A stretch of DNA of 64,000 nt from Gammaproteobacteria bacterium (GTDB taxonomy: Bacteria > Pseudomonadota > Gammaproteobacteria > UBA4575): NCBI GenBank assembly GCA_965222615.1, contig CBDCUI010000008.1, positions 928,001-992,000 of the forward strand, written 5' to 3'. The translations under genes and the position numbers were made by a program. The stretch's first letter is position 1. The number at the start of each line of letters is the position of its first letter. Of this stretch, positions 21,736 to 31,063 are shown piece by piece. A model generated the notes under the pieces. The model had not been told where the DNA came from. It did not search any database and saw nothing but the letters and a program-made list of their open reading frames with translations.

Positions 21736-22350
21736 ATGCCAATTGCTAAAGAAGCCCGTCTGATTTTATCCATAATTGGAATACTGATTGCTGCAGCTCA
21801 TTATAATTTGGGTATTAATTTTGCCTGGCCTTTTTGGGTGTTGTTTGTAATTCTGTTATTTATATTCCGAGATTTTAAACGCAGTGTTCCAGCTGTCCCG
21901 CTAGCTGTAGTGAGTCCGGTGGATGGTAAAATTAGTGCAATTGATGAGTCGCATGATCCCTATTTAGATCGTGCTGTACAAAGAATTCATATTCGGCAGT
22001 CTATTTTTGGTGAATTCAATGTGCATAGTCCAGTTGAAGGGAAAGTTCAAAATTTGTGGGTGACTTCACCAACAACTCCAGACAGTTCTCAATTGGCAAT
22101 TTGGATTCAAACAGATGAAGCCGATGATGCAGTAATGACGGCGGATTTAAGCTCTCCACTGCGCCACGCAACTTGCAATATCAGTGCTGGTGAAAAGCTT
22201 GGTCAGGGGCAACGTTGTGGATTTCTAGCGTTCGCCTGTGATTTGGTAGTTTATTTGCCTACAACTGCTCATATCGCTATAAAGGTAGGACAATCGGTTC
22301 GCGCTGGCAGCGATATGTTGGCAGAATTCGTTCGTGAGACTACCGAATAA
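21736..22350 (+). CDS. psd: Phosphatidylserine decarboxylase-like protein (catalytic motifs degenerate)
   Basis: FIFRD, VVSPVDG, GQRCG, GQSVRAG match short-type Psd and the ilvC-psd-pssA synteny; the FGS cleavage site reads FAC. Confidence 0.7.
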   Translation: MPIAKEARLILSIIGILIAAAHYNLGINFAWPFWVLFVILLFIFRDFKRSVPAVPLAVVSPVDGKISAIDESHDPYLDRAVQRIHIRQSIFGEFNVHSPVEGKVQNLWVTSPTTPDSSQLAIWIQTDEADDAVMTADLSSPLRHATCNISAGEKLGQGQRCGFLAFACDLVVYLPTTAHIAIKVGQSVRAGSDMLAEFVRETTE

Positions 22351-22380
22351 TGAGAAGTATGTATTACTACTATAAATACA

Positions 22381-23157
22381 ATGTCTGAAGGAAAACCACG
22401 CAAGGGTATCTATTTGTTACCCAATTTATTTACAACCGGTGCACTGTTTGCTGGTTTCTATGCCATTATCGCAGCCACGGCTGATCGTTTTGAACAAGCA
22501 GCCATTGCAATTGTTATCGCTATGCTTTTGGATGGTTTTGATGGGCGTGTTGCACGTATGACGCAAACTACCAGTGAATTTGGTTTGCAATATGACAGTA
22601 TATCCGACATGGTCTCGTTTGGTGTTGCTCCAGCTTTAGTGGTTCACGAATGGGCATTGATTCACTTTCAAGGTTATCCATGGATGTCAAAACTCAGTTG
22701 GTTGGCAGCCTTTTTCTATACTGCTGCTGCAGCTTTGCGTTTGGCGCGTTTTAATGCACGTGTAAGTATAGTCAGTAAACGTTATTTTCAAGGTTTACCC
22801 AGCCCAGCTGCAGCCGCAGCTTTAGTAGGTTTTATCTGGGTGTGCCATGATATGCATCTGTCTCGGGAGGATTTTGCTATTCCTGCACTTATTGTCACGA
22901 TTCTGCTCGGTGCGTGTATGGTAAGTAATTTTAGTTATTATAGTTTTAAAGATATTAATCCTAGCGATCGAGTTCCTTTTGTGGCGCTACTGGCTATCGT
23001 CGTAGGGTTTATTTTGGCTTCCATCGATACACCGAAATTATTTTTTGCCTTGTTTGCAGTTTATGCATTTTCCGGTCCAGTGACCTATCTCATTCGTTTA
23101 CGACGTAAACGTCAATTACGTAGTGGTTTGAGTGATCATGGTAAAAGTAAGTCTTAA
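22381..23157 (+). CDS. pssA: CDP-diacylglycerol--serine O-phosphatidyltransferase
   Basis: LLPNLFT, DGFDGRVAR...G...DSISD CDP-alcohol phosphotransferase motif, RLARFN, FQGLPSP. Confidence 0.94.
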   Translation: MSEGKPRKGIYLLPNLFTTGALFAGFYAIIAATADRFEQAAIAIVIAMLLDGFDGRVARMTQTTSEFGLQYDSISDMVSFGVAPALVVHEWALIHFQGYPWMSKLSWLAAFFYTAAAALRLARFNARVSIVSKRYFQGLPSPAAAAALVGFIWVCHDMHLSREDFAIPALIVTILLGACMVSNFSYYSFKDINPSDRVPFVALLAIVVGFILASIDTPKLFFALFAVYAFSGPVTYLIRLRRKRQLRSGLSDHGKSKS

Positions 23158-23239
23158 AATGCGGTCAAACCTCATTAAAATTAGACCACTAGTGAATAAT
23201 TTGTGGAAAATTTCTCAATGACACGTTATATTCGTCTAT

Positions 23240-23341
23240 ATGAAACAAACTTTTTCAAATATGTCCCGCCTATATGTAGATGTTTTTAGTCGAACATTCA
23301 CTTTAGCCGCATTACTACTAGCACTGCTCCTGCCGCAATAG
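23240..23341 (+). CDS. Leucine-rich leader peptide of leuA
   Basis: MKQTFSNMSRLYVDVFSRTFTLAALLLALLLPQ*: 7 Leu in 10 codons including CTA CTA, 164 nt upstream of leuA. An alternative start is the second Met. Confidence 0.75.
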   Translation: MKQTFSNMSRLYVDVFSRTFTLAALLLALLLPQ

Positions 23342-23505
23342 CGGCTCAATTCTATGCCTGGCGAGGTTATACGCGATTAACATATACTATTTTCTCAGAT
23401 TCTGGATTCATATTTTATGAATAGGATTCCAGTATTAATGTCTGATGTGATGATTGTATTTTTGTAATACAAGATTAAGAAAAGATTTTTGTTAGGAGTA
23501 ATCCA

Positions 23506-25050
23506 GTGACGACCAAGGACAAGTTGATAATTTTTGATACTACTTTGCGTGATGGTGAGCAAAGTCCAGGCGCATCGATGACGCGTGATGAAAAAGTTCG
23601 TATCGCTAAATCACTGGAGCGTATGAAAGTAGATGTAATTGAGGCTGGATTCCCAATAGCGAGTGCAGGGGATTTTGAGTCTGTGCAAGCTGTCGCATCC
23701 GTAGTTACTCACAGCACAGTATGTGGGTTAGCGCGTGCTTTGGAAAGAGATATTGATCGTGCCGGCGAAGCGCTAAGTTCGGCACAATCAGCAAGGATTC
23801 ATACCTTTATTGCAACGTCTCCTATCCATATGCAGCGTAAATTGCGTATGTCTGAAGATCAAGTGGTTGAACAAGCAATCGCGTCAGTTAAACAAGCCAG
23901 GCAATACACTGATAATGTTGAATTCTCTCCGGAAGATGCGGGTCGATCGGAATTTGAGTTTTTATGTAGAGTAATTGAAGCGGTAATAAAGTCAGGTGCA
24001 ACTACTATAAATATACCGGATACGGTTGGGTATAACATTCCTCAGCAATTCGGAAGCTTAGTTGGTCGTTTGATTGAAAATATTCCTAATTCTGATCAGG
24101 CGATATTTTCTGTTCATTGCCACAATGATCTTGGTTTAGCGGTCGCAAATTCGTTGTCTGCAGTTTTAAATGGTGCACGACAAGTTGAATGTACCATTAA
24201 TGGTTTAGGTGAACGTGCTGGAAATGCATCATTAGAAGAAGTAGTGATGACTGTGCATACTCGTCAAGATATATTTCCTTGTAATACTGATTTAGATACC
24301 AAACAAATTGTGCCCACTTCACGTATGGTGTCTACTATTACAGGTTTTCCGATACAGCCCAACAAGGCTATTGTTGGGGCTAATGCATTTGCGCATGAAT
24401 CTGGTATTCATCAAGATGGGGTACTTAAGGCACGTGAAACCTATGAAATCATGCGTGCAGAAGATGTTGGCTGGGCAGCCAATAAAATCGTATTAGGTAA
24501 GCATTCAGGTCGTAACGCATTCAGAACTCGTCTAGATGAGCTGGGCATAAACTTTGAAACAGAGGAAGAGTTAAACAATGCCTTTGTGGCGTTTAAAGAT
24601 CTGGCCGATCGTAAACATGAGATTTATGATGAGGATTTACATGCACTTGTATCAGATACTAGTTACGAAAACAATGAATATTGTAAACTAGTAGCATTAA
24701 CAGCCCATTCTGAAACCGGTCAAACCCCAAATGCCCAAATTACATTGCTAGTGGATAGTAAAGAAGTTACAGCATCAGCGACAGGTGGTGGGCCAGTAGA
24801 TGCAACCTATTGTGCAATAGAAGAAATAGTAGATAGTCAAGCTCAATTGCAATTATATTCAGTAAATAATATTACTACCGGTACCGATGCCCAAGGTGAA
24901 GTAACAGTGCGTTTACAGAAAGCGGGTAGAATAGTGAATGGACACGGTGCAGATACAGATATCGTTATGGCATCTGCCAAAGCATATTTGCATGCATTGA
25001 ATAAGTTGGTTGAGCCGCAGAGGAGGAAGCATCCACAACACACCGTTTAA
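23506..25050 (+). CDS. leuA: 2-isopropylmalate synthase
   Basis: [38 protein letters not shown]; regulatory C-terminal domain present. Confidence 0.97.
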   Translation: MTTKDKLIIFDTTLRDGEQSPGASMTRDEKVRIAKSLERMKVDVIEAGFPIASAGDFESVQAVASVVTHSTVCGLARALERDIDRAGEALSSAQSARIHTFIATSPIHMQRKLRMSEDQVVEQAIASVKQARQYTDNVEFSPEDAGRSEFEFLCRVIEAVIKSGATTINIPDTVGYNIPQQFGSLVGRLIENIPNSDQAIFSVHCHNDLGLAVANSLSAVLNGARQVECTINGLGERAGNASLEEVVMTVHTRQDIFPCNTDLDTKQIVPTSRMVSTITGFPIQPNKAIVGANAFAHESGIHQDGVLKARETYEIMRAEDVGWAANKIVLGKHSGRNAFRTRLDELGINFETEEELNNAFVAFKDLADRKHEIYDEDLHALVSDTSYENNEYCKLVALTAHSETGQTPNAQITLLVDSKEVTASATGGGPVDATYCAIEEIVDSQAQLQLYSVNNITTGTDAQGEVTVRLQKAGRIVNGHGADTDIVMASAKAYLHALNKLVEPQRRKHPQHTV

Positions 25051-25052
25051 AA

Positions 25053-25188
25053 TAGCGCATTAGATATGTCTTTTGATTCAATACTTCGTTATATCGCTTT
25101 CTCAAATGCTCATTTACTAGCATGTAAACTCCACTTTTCGAAAGCGACAAGCCTTGTCTTGAATCAAAATTCATTATCTACTGTACTA
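25053..25188 (+). repeat. ERIC-like palindromic element, copy 1
   Basis: Nested inverted repeats (TAGATA/TATCTA, TTTTGATTCAA/TTGAATCAAAA, TCGCTTTC/GAAAGCGA) around a core shared with 26200-26347. Confidence 0.7.
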
Positions 25189-25288
25189 TTTTATTAAAGT
25201 AATTAAATCAATGAATGAAGAAAAGCGTAGTGACAAAGCAAAAACTATATCTTTGTAAGTTACATTGTAGCTGTTTCGTATATTCACT

Positions 25289-25396
25289 AGATTGCTTCGT
25301 GTACACTCGCAATGATATAAATACTCGTCATCGCGAGGAACGAAGTGACGAAGCGATTCAGTAAGACAATCATCATTGCAAGTGATGTATAGATTG
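25289..25396. repeat. Cluster of REP/RPE-like palindromic units
   Basis: AGATTGCTTCG...CTCGCAATGA (25289-25315), the inverted GTCATCGCGAGGAACGAAGTGACGAAGCGATTC (25327-25359), and a decayed TCATTGCAAG... unit (25373-25396). Confidence 0.65.
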
Positions 25397-25500
25397 TGCG
25401 GCAATCCAACTTTTTGAGGGTTATCCCAGTTGACTTATTAGTTCTAATATAAATACTTTGAAAATAAATTTTAAAATATTCTAATATCAAGATGGGTACT

Positions 25501-26202
25501 ATGAATGAAGAAAAGCGTTTGTACTACCTAGAACAAATGGGAATACAAGCATGGGTTTCGAATTTGCCTAATCAAAGTGAAAGTATAACTGTTAGCGATG
25601 CTCAACAAACAGAAATTGTTGAGCAGGAAATTAATGCAAAGACAGCGGAAAGTTTTGCGAAACTTGAGCAACAAGTCGCGGCATGTACTTTGTGTGATTT
25701 ACACCGAACTCGAACACAAACTGTTTTTGGAGTAGGACATCCGGCCGCTGATTGGTTAATCATCGGTGAAGCGCCAGGTGCTGATGAAGATCGAAAGGGC
25801 GAGCCTTTTGTAGGGCGTGCAGGACAATTACTCACCAACATGTTGCGTGCGATTGGCCTAGCGCGTGAAGAGGTGTTCATTGCAAATATATTAAAATGTC
25901 GCCCACCGAATAATCGTGATCCAAGACCTAATGAAATTGCAAGTTGCAGTTCTTATTTGCGACAACAAATTGACTATATTCAACCAAAAATTATTTTGGT
26001 AGTAGGAAGAATTGCAGCCCAATCTTTGCTTAAAACCGATACGCCGATAGGAAGATTACGTGGCAAAGAATTTTTCTATGAAGATACGCAGATTCCAATC
26101 ATAGCAACCTATCATCCTGCGTATTTATTAAGAAGTCCTCAGCAAAAACGTAAGGCATGGGAAGATTTGAAGTTTGCAGTTAGAGTTGCAAATTTGCACT
26201 AG
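25501..26202 (+). CDS. Uracil-DNA glycosylase family 4
   Basis: CTLC Fe-S ligands, [28 protein letters not shown]. Confidence 0.92.
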   Translation: MNEEKRLYYLEQMGIQAWVSNLPNQSESITVSDAQQTEIVEQEINAKTAESFAKLEQQVAACTLCDLHRTRTQTVFGVGHPAADWLIIGEAPGADEDRKGEPFVGRAGQLLTNMLRAIGLAREEVFIANILKCRPPNNRDPRPNEIASCSSYLRQQIDYIQPKIILVVGRIAAQSLLKTDTPIGRLRGKEFFYEDTQIPIIATYHPAYLLRSPQQKRKAWEDLKFAVRVANLH

Positions 26203-26347
26203 AACTCATCTCAAAATGCATCTAGCCCACTGATACTGCGTTGCAGAATGTTCTCAAATGCTCATTTACTTACTTATGTAAACTCCGCTTTTCGAACATT
26301 CTGCGCCTTGTCTGAGCAAACTATCTGCTATTTTGAGATAGGTTCTA
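26200..26347 (+). mobile_element. ERIC-like MITE, copy 2
   Basis: 148 bp with terminal inverted repeats TAGAACTCATCTCAAAAT / ATTTTGAGATAGGTTCTA (16/18) and TA ends; the left end supplies the udg TAG stop. Confidence 0.72.
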
Positions 26348-26410
26348 AATAGCAGCCTTTTATCGGTAAAGGCTGCGATTTACTCAAGATTAATTTACAC
26401 TTTATATACT

Positions 26411-26875
26411 ATGAGTGCTGCATTTGAATTTCCCACAGAGACATACCGGTTAATGACGGAATATGATTTACCGGTAGTGCTTGATATTGAATATCGAAGC
26501 TACGAATTTCCCTGGACTGAAGGGATTTTTCATGATTGTTTGCGGTTCGGATATTCATCGTGGGTAATTGAAATGAATCGCAGAGTGATTGGTTATGGAG
26601 TCATGTCACTAGCAGTGCAGGAATGTCATATCCTTAATCTATGTGTCGATCCTGAATTTCAAGGTAATGGAGTTGGGCGACGTTTATTAGACCAGTTATT
26701 TACTATTGCTCGTGCACGCAAGGCAGACACTGCATTTCTTGAAGTACGACCAACCAATACTCAAGCTCTGTCTTTATACCTTTCCGAAGGGTTTAATGAA
26801 ATCGGTACGCGTAGGAACTACTATCCTGCATTGTTTGGACGAGAGGATGCAATAATTCTTGCTAAGACTCTTTAA
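26411..26875 (+). CDS. rimI: Ribosomal protein S18-alanine N-acetyltransferase
   Basis: FPWT, HILNLCV, QGNGVG, FLEVR, RRNYYP, REDA. Confidence 0.93.
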   Translation: MSAAFEFPTETYRLMTEYDLPVVLDIEYRSYEFPWTEGIFHDCLRFGYSSWVIEMNRRVIGYGVMSLAVQECHILNLCVDPEFQGNGVGRRLLDQLFTIARARKADTAFLEVRPTNTQALSLYLSEGFNEIGTRRNYYPALFGREDAIILAKTL

Positions 26876-26895
26876 AAATTAGGAAGAAATAATAA

Positions 26896-27081
26896 TTAGT
26901 TTTCTAGAACAAATTCATATTTTTCTTTATCATTATCTTCCACTAACCCATCTTCAGCAGCACATTTCCAGGCTTCATTAATAGAATCTTCCTTTGTTGG
27001 TTTGTAACCTAAACCCTGCTCATAGATTGGGTAGGTTGCTATGTGCTTTTTATTTGATTTTTCGTAGATAGTAACTTTCAT
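26896..27081 (-). CDS. Small hypothetical protein
   Basis: 61-aa ORF with GGAG RBS, co-oriented with its neighbours. Confidence 0.55.
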   Translation of the reverse strand: MKVTIYEKSNKKHIATYPIYEQGLGYKPTKEDSINEAWKCAAEDGLVEDNDKEKYEFVLEN

Positions 27082-27110
27082 AATTTGCTCCAGTTAATCT
27101 AATCTGAAAT

Positions 27111-27311
27111 CTAAATTATTTGATATTTTTTTCTAAGTTTATTGTACGTATCGGCTAAAGCGATATTGCCAGTAACTCGGTTACCCAATTCATCAATACA
27201 GCAGTACCCGAGATTGTCATAACAGACTTTATACCCTTTTTTATATGCAGGATGATCTTGAATTTTTTCATTAAAAAGAGCAAAAAATTGTTCCTTAGAA
27301 ATTTTTTCCAT
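27111..27311 (-). CDS. Small hypothetical protein
   Basis: 66-aa ORF overlapping the upstream gene's end. Confidence 0.5.
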   Translation of the reverse strand: MEKISKEQFFALFNEKIQDHPAYKKGYKVCYDNLGYCCIDELGNRVTGNIALADTYNKLRKKYQII

Positions 27312-27591
27312 AACTAGTTTCTTTGCCCGTATCTCGGTGTATAAAGTAATTTGCTTGATCTAGTCTCTGACTATTCGAGAAATCATACTTAATGGGAAGT
27401 AACTCAAAAGGTCGAGTTGAATAGTGGCAATGTCTTACGTACCAAGGCACTCCCCATTTATCACAATTGGTTCGGCAGTAATGACAACCATCTGCCGCAG
27501 TATTACCGGGGTGTGCTAACGCTGTATTTATTGTGAGTAATAAAAGACTTGCTAAAATGTTAAAAGAATAAATCCTTTTTTTCATATTCAT
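27295..27591 (-). CDS. Small exported His/Cys-motif protein (YHYH-like)
   Basis: Signal peptide ending ALA, then HPGNTAADGCHYCRTNC...HCH; AGGAG RBS. Confidence 0.6.
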   Translation of the reverse strand: MNMKKRIYSFNILASLLLLTINTALAHPGNTAADGCHYCRTNCDKWGVPWYVRHCHYSTRPFELLPIKYDFSNSQRLDQANYFIHRDTGKETSYGKNF

Positions 27592-27710
27592 TTCTAACTC
27601 CTTTTAGAAATATTTAAAATTAACCAGCTGACTAATTCTTCAATGCAAATTTATATGTATTTCGTAAACTCTTTCTGTTCTATAACGTAGATTTGACTCG
27701 TATATTATTT

Positions 27711-28139
27711 TTAATTATCGGAGCACAAAATTTCTCTAGCAGTTTCATTACTATATTCAAAAATTTTATTAAAAATTCCTTTATTAATTCTATCGTCTGC
27801 AAATTTATTAGCGCTAATAGATCCATAATATCCACCTTCTCTATCCACAACTATTGGTGGTTTATCTGCATAATTATTAAATGGGCTATAGTCACTATAC
27901 TGAGAGCCAAAATCCCCATATTCATTCCAAATGCTTTTGTCACTGTATTCAGAACCATGGTCGCCATATTTATTACAGATAGATTCATTATTGTATTTGC
28001 TACAATTCAAACAGCCTAAAAATTCTTTATGATTTTCACCGCCAAAAATTAATAACTCTTCTTTTGAATATGCGATAGAAGAAAGTAATAAACATATCGA
28101 TAAGATCCATTTCATATTAATATTTCCGTTATATATCAA
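27711..28139 (-). CDS. Exported hypothetical protein with NxYGxxGSxYS repeats
   Basis: Signal peptide from MKWIL; GCLNC followed by SICNKYGDHGSEYS / SIWNEYGDFGSQYS. Confidence 0.65.
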   Translation of the reverse strand: MIYNGNINMKWILSICLLLSSIAYSKEELLIFGGENHKEFLGCLNCSKYNNESICNKYGDHGSEYSDKSIWNEYGDFGSQYSDYSPFNNYADKPPIVVDREGGYYGSISANKFADDRINKGIFNKIFEYSNETAREILCSDN

Positions 28140-28542
28140 CTACACATGACATCCGCCATGTGGTTCCTACATTTTCGCCAAGTATACTTTTGTGTTCAGA
28201 GCTAAAAATTTTTCCAGTATTTTTGAAGATGGTATCCATATATGATGCCCCACTAAATTGATAAACTACAGTTGTATATGTGATATTTTCATTGAGTACT
28301 ACGCCAATAATATTTTTGTCACCATAAGTTATTCGAACTACTCCCTCATCTTCAGTTTTAATTGCATATGTCATAGGTTTCAAAGTAACACGGTCGTTAC
28401 TGTATTCGTACTTTCCGCCAGAGTACATAGTTCTATAACCATTAATAGAACCATTTTTGCACTCAACATACATGGCATTACTATCAAGCGATAACACTAA
28501 AAAACATAAAAATAAAAATACTTTTTTCATAATTTTCTCCAT
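28129..28542 (-). CDS. Exported hypothetical protein
   Basis: MKKVFLFL signal peptide; beta-rich mature part bounded by two Cys. Confidence 0.55.
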   Translation of the reverse strand: MEKIMKKVFLFLCFLVLSLDSNAMYVECKNGSINGYRTMYSGGKYEYSNDRVTLKPMTYAIKTEDEGVVRITYGDKNIIGVVLNENITYTTVVYQFSGASYMDTIFKNTGKIFSSEHKSILGENVGTTWRMSCVVDI

Positions 28543-28556
28543 ATCGTTATGGCTGG

Positions 28557-29912
28557 CTACTTATTTTTATAAGTTGATCCGAGTATTTTTTTAAACTCAT
28601 TATTAATCATTAGCAAATTCTTCACAGGAAGGTCTCGTATCAGATAATCATAAACTCGGTCATCCTTGCTGCTCCATCTACGTATTACTATTTGTGCCGT
28701 TTGATTCTTTGTTTTACTTAGAAGAGAGTTAACTTGATTGAGTGTAGATACAGATTCACCGTTAATTGATTCAATTACATCCCATTCTTCTATCTCTAAG
28801 CTTTTTCCAATGGAGGATGGATCCACATAAGTGGTAAAAATACGATTTTCTGGACCTAGTTCTTCAATATCTCGGATATTCTTTTCTCTAAGTACAATTC
28901 CTGAGACATGAATCGCTTTTCTGTTCAATACGTTTTCAGCTAAATCAAGTTTTCCGGTAATTTGCTTTTGTTCCCCATCTCGTAAAACATTCAAAATTAT
29001 ATTTTCAGTATTTCCACGTAGATGGTGTATTAATTGGCCTTCATTTTTGATTGAAGTTTGATTTGCATTCACAGAAGTGATGACATCACCAGCACGCAAA
29101 TCCAATTGTTTTGGATGTAGGTAGGTTTTTGCAACAACCAGCTTTTCACTATCATTTAATGTTTCGGAGAAAATGGTTTTCAGGTTCGGCGGAGAAGGGT
29201 CTTTACCTTCTTTTAGTAAGGTAAGTATTTTGCACACGTACTCACTTGGAGTGGCGAAATTGGTATTTTGATCTTCTTCACTTGAAATACTTGCTGTGTT
29301 GATGGCTAAGACTTTATTTGTTTTCAGGCTGATCAGCGGCCCACCTGAATTTCCACCATTAATTGGTGCATCGGTTTGTATAAATTCGGAGTCATATTTA
29401 CTGGTTCTTCCCGAGATAATTCCTCGTGTACCGGTGTAGGCGAGACCCCAGGGATGTCCAAAGGCACCAACAGGGTGACCAATTTTGGGTTTATTGGCGC
29501 AATCTAGTTTGGCTTCTTTTAGCTTGCTTAAGTGTTCATCAGGTATTTCGATGACCGCCATGTCAATATAGGGGTCTACATATATTTTCTTTGCAGCTAA
29601 GAATTTTCCCTGATGTGGTGCAACTGTGATAGTAGAGATTGAACGAGTGACTACATGCGCATTAGTAACGGCCCAACCGCGTTTTTTATCAACTAAGAAA
29701 CCTGCACCCTGACTAGCTTCTTTTTCATCACTGGAAAATGGGATATCAACAGCAGTACGAATTTGGATGGTGTAATTTTTTGCTCTTTCAAAAATGTCTT
29801 CGGTAGACTTGGCGTGAATAGGCGATGTCAGTAATAGCAGGCATGATATAAGTAGAACTGAATTTCGTAATGTGCAGTTGAAAATCCGTTTCTTCACTGA
29901 AGTTGTCCCCAA
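28557..29912 (-). CDS. Trypsin-like S1C (HtrA-like) serine protease with PDZ domains
   Basis: Triad motifs TNAHV, DMAVI, QTDAPINGGNSGGPL; two C-terminal PDZ-like D-V-I-x-S-x-N segments. Confidence 0.85.
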   Translation of the reverse strand: MGTTSVKKRIFNCTLRNSVLLISCLLLLTSPIHAKSTEDIFERAKNYTIQIRTAVDIPFSSDEKEASQGAGFLVDKKRGWAVTNAHVVTRSISTITVAPHQGKFLAAKKIYVDPYIDMAVIEIPDEHLSKLKEAKLDCANKPKIGHPVGAFGHPWGLAYTGTRGIISGRTSKYDSEFIQTDAPINGGNSGGPLISLKTNKVLAINTASISSEEDQNTNFATPSEYVCKILTLLKEGKDPSPPNLKTIFSETLNDSEKLVVAKTYLHPKQLDLRAGDVITSVNANQTSIKNEGQLIHHLRGNTENIILNVLRDGEQKQITGKLDLAENVLNRKAIHVSGIVLREKNIRDIEELGPENRIFTTYVDPSSIGKSLEIEEWDVIESINGESVSTLNQVNSLLSKTKNQTAQIVIRRWSSKDDRVYDYLIRDLPVKNLLMINNEFKKILGSTYKNK

Positions 29913-30213
29913 TTTATGAATACTGCCTCCTTAAGAAAATCATCGATGTTCTTTCGAGATTCGACCTAAGCATGTCATAGGTCTTGGTTATATGACTTCT
30001 AATGTTGACGGTGTGCTTATTTGAACAGATGGAAAGTGCAAATATTTTTATATGAAATTAGTTTGCTCTATTTTTCAGTAATTCGCTTCAATCTTTTCAA
30101 GCCACAAAATGAAGTTTCCGTACCACTAGGTTGGGGTGTAATAGGTAGCTAATGCATTTTGAGAATAGCGTACGACATTCAAATTTCATGGGTTTAGAAA
30201 TATTCTTAAATAG

Positions 30214-30300
30214 GTACTATTAGTACTAAAATACGTAAAAAAATAAACTTTTTGTTGTATTAGTTTATAAAATAGGATAGATTGGTACTATGAGTACCAA
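30214..30300 (+). promoter_or_regulatory. Candidate AbiEi autorepression operators
   Basis: GTACT-N3-AGTAC at 30214-30226 and TTGGTACT-ATG-AGTACCAA at 30282-30300. Confidence 0.55.
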
Positions 30301-31063
30301 TTATCAGTCAAAAATAAACCACCTCATGAATACACAGCCGGCCGGGGTTGTGTATTTGTCAGCGTGGTTGGCAGAAAACGGTTACAGCCGAGAGCTTCAA
30401 AAGCGCTACAAAAAAAGCCATTGGTTTGAATCAATAGGAACAGGGGCCCTAATCCGTAAAAATGATCAAGTCGATTATTTAGGCGGAGTGTACGCGTTAC
30501 AAAAGCAATTGGGTTTGAGTATACATCCAGGTGGAAAAACTGCACTGTCGTTACTCGGTAAGTCCCATTATCTGGAGTTGTCCGCAAAGAAAGCGATACT
30601 TTTTGGTGACGCAAAGGAAAACTTACCTTTGTGGTTTAAAAAACATCAATGGGGTTTGGATTTAGAATATAAAGCCACTTCGTTTTTACCCTCAGACTTA
30701 GGTCTAGTCGAACTAGAGCAAAAGATGTTCACTATAAAAGTATCTAGTGCCGCGCGCGCGATATTCGAGTGTCTTTACTTAGCCCCTGAAAAACAACCCA
30801 TGTTAGAGGTGATGTATGTAATGGAAGGGCTTAATAACCTAAGACCAGCGCTTATACAATCGCTATTAGAACAGTGTCGATCTGTGAAAGTAAAAAGATT
30901 ATTTTTGTATCTTGCCGAAAAAGTAAGTCATGAATGGTTTAATCATTTAGATTTAAGGAAGATCGAGCTAGGTAAAGGGAAACGCAGTGTGGTAAGCAAT
31001 GGTGTTTATATATCTAAATATAAAATCACTGTACCAAAAGAGCTGGAAGAGAAGCACTCATGA
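30290..31063 (+). CDS. Type IV toxin-antitoxin antitoxin (AbiEi-like)
   Basis: SKINHL, HPGGKTAL, LRPxLIQxLLExCxSVKVKRLFL, LGKGKR; overlaps a nucleotidyltransferase gene. Confidence 0.85.
   Translation: MSTNYQSKINHLMNTQPAGVVYLSAWLAENGYSRELQKRYKKSHWFESIGTGALIRKNDQVDYLGGVYALQKQLGLSIHPGGKTALSLLGKSHYLELSAKKAILFGDAKENLPLWFKKHQWGLDLEYKATSFLPSDLGLVELEQKMFTIKVSSAARAIFECLYLAPEKQPMLEVMYVMEGLNNLRPALIQSLLEQCRSVKVKRLFLYLAEKVSHEWFNHLDLRKIELGKGKRSVVSNGVYISKYKITVPKELEEKHS

Noticed and set aside
25186-25490. Short minus-strand ORFs in the leuA-udg spacer
   Set aside because: They overlap REP-like repeats and AT-rich spacer and have no protein-like features.
27693-28019. 108-aa plus-strand ORF
   Set aside because: Antisense shadow of the better-supported minus-strand gene 27711-28139.
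26896-28542. Integron cassette array
   Set aside because: The genes overlap or have very short spacers; no repeated attC-like boundaries or integrase were seen.
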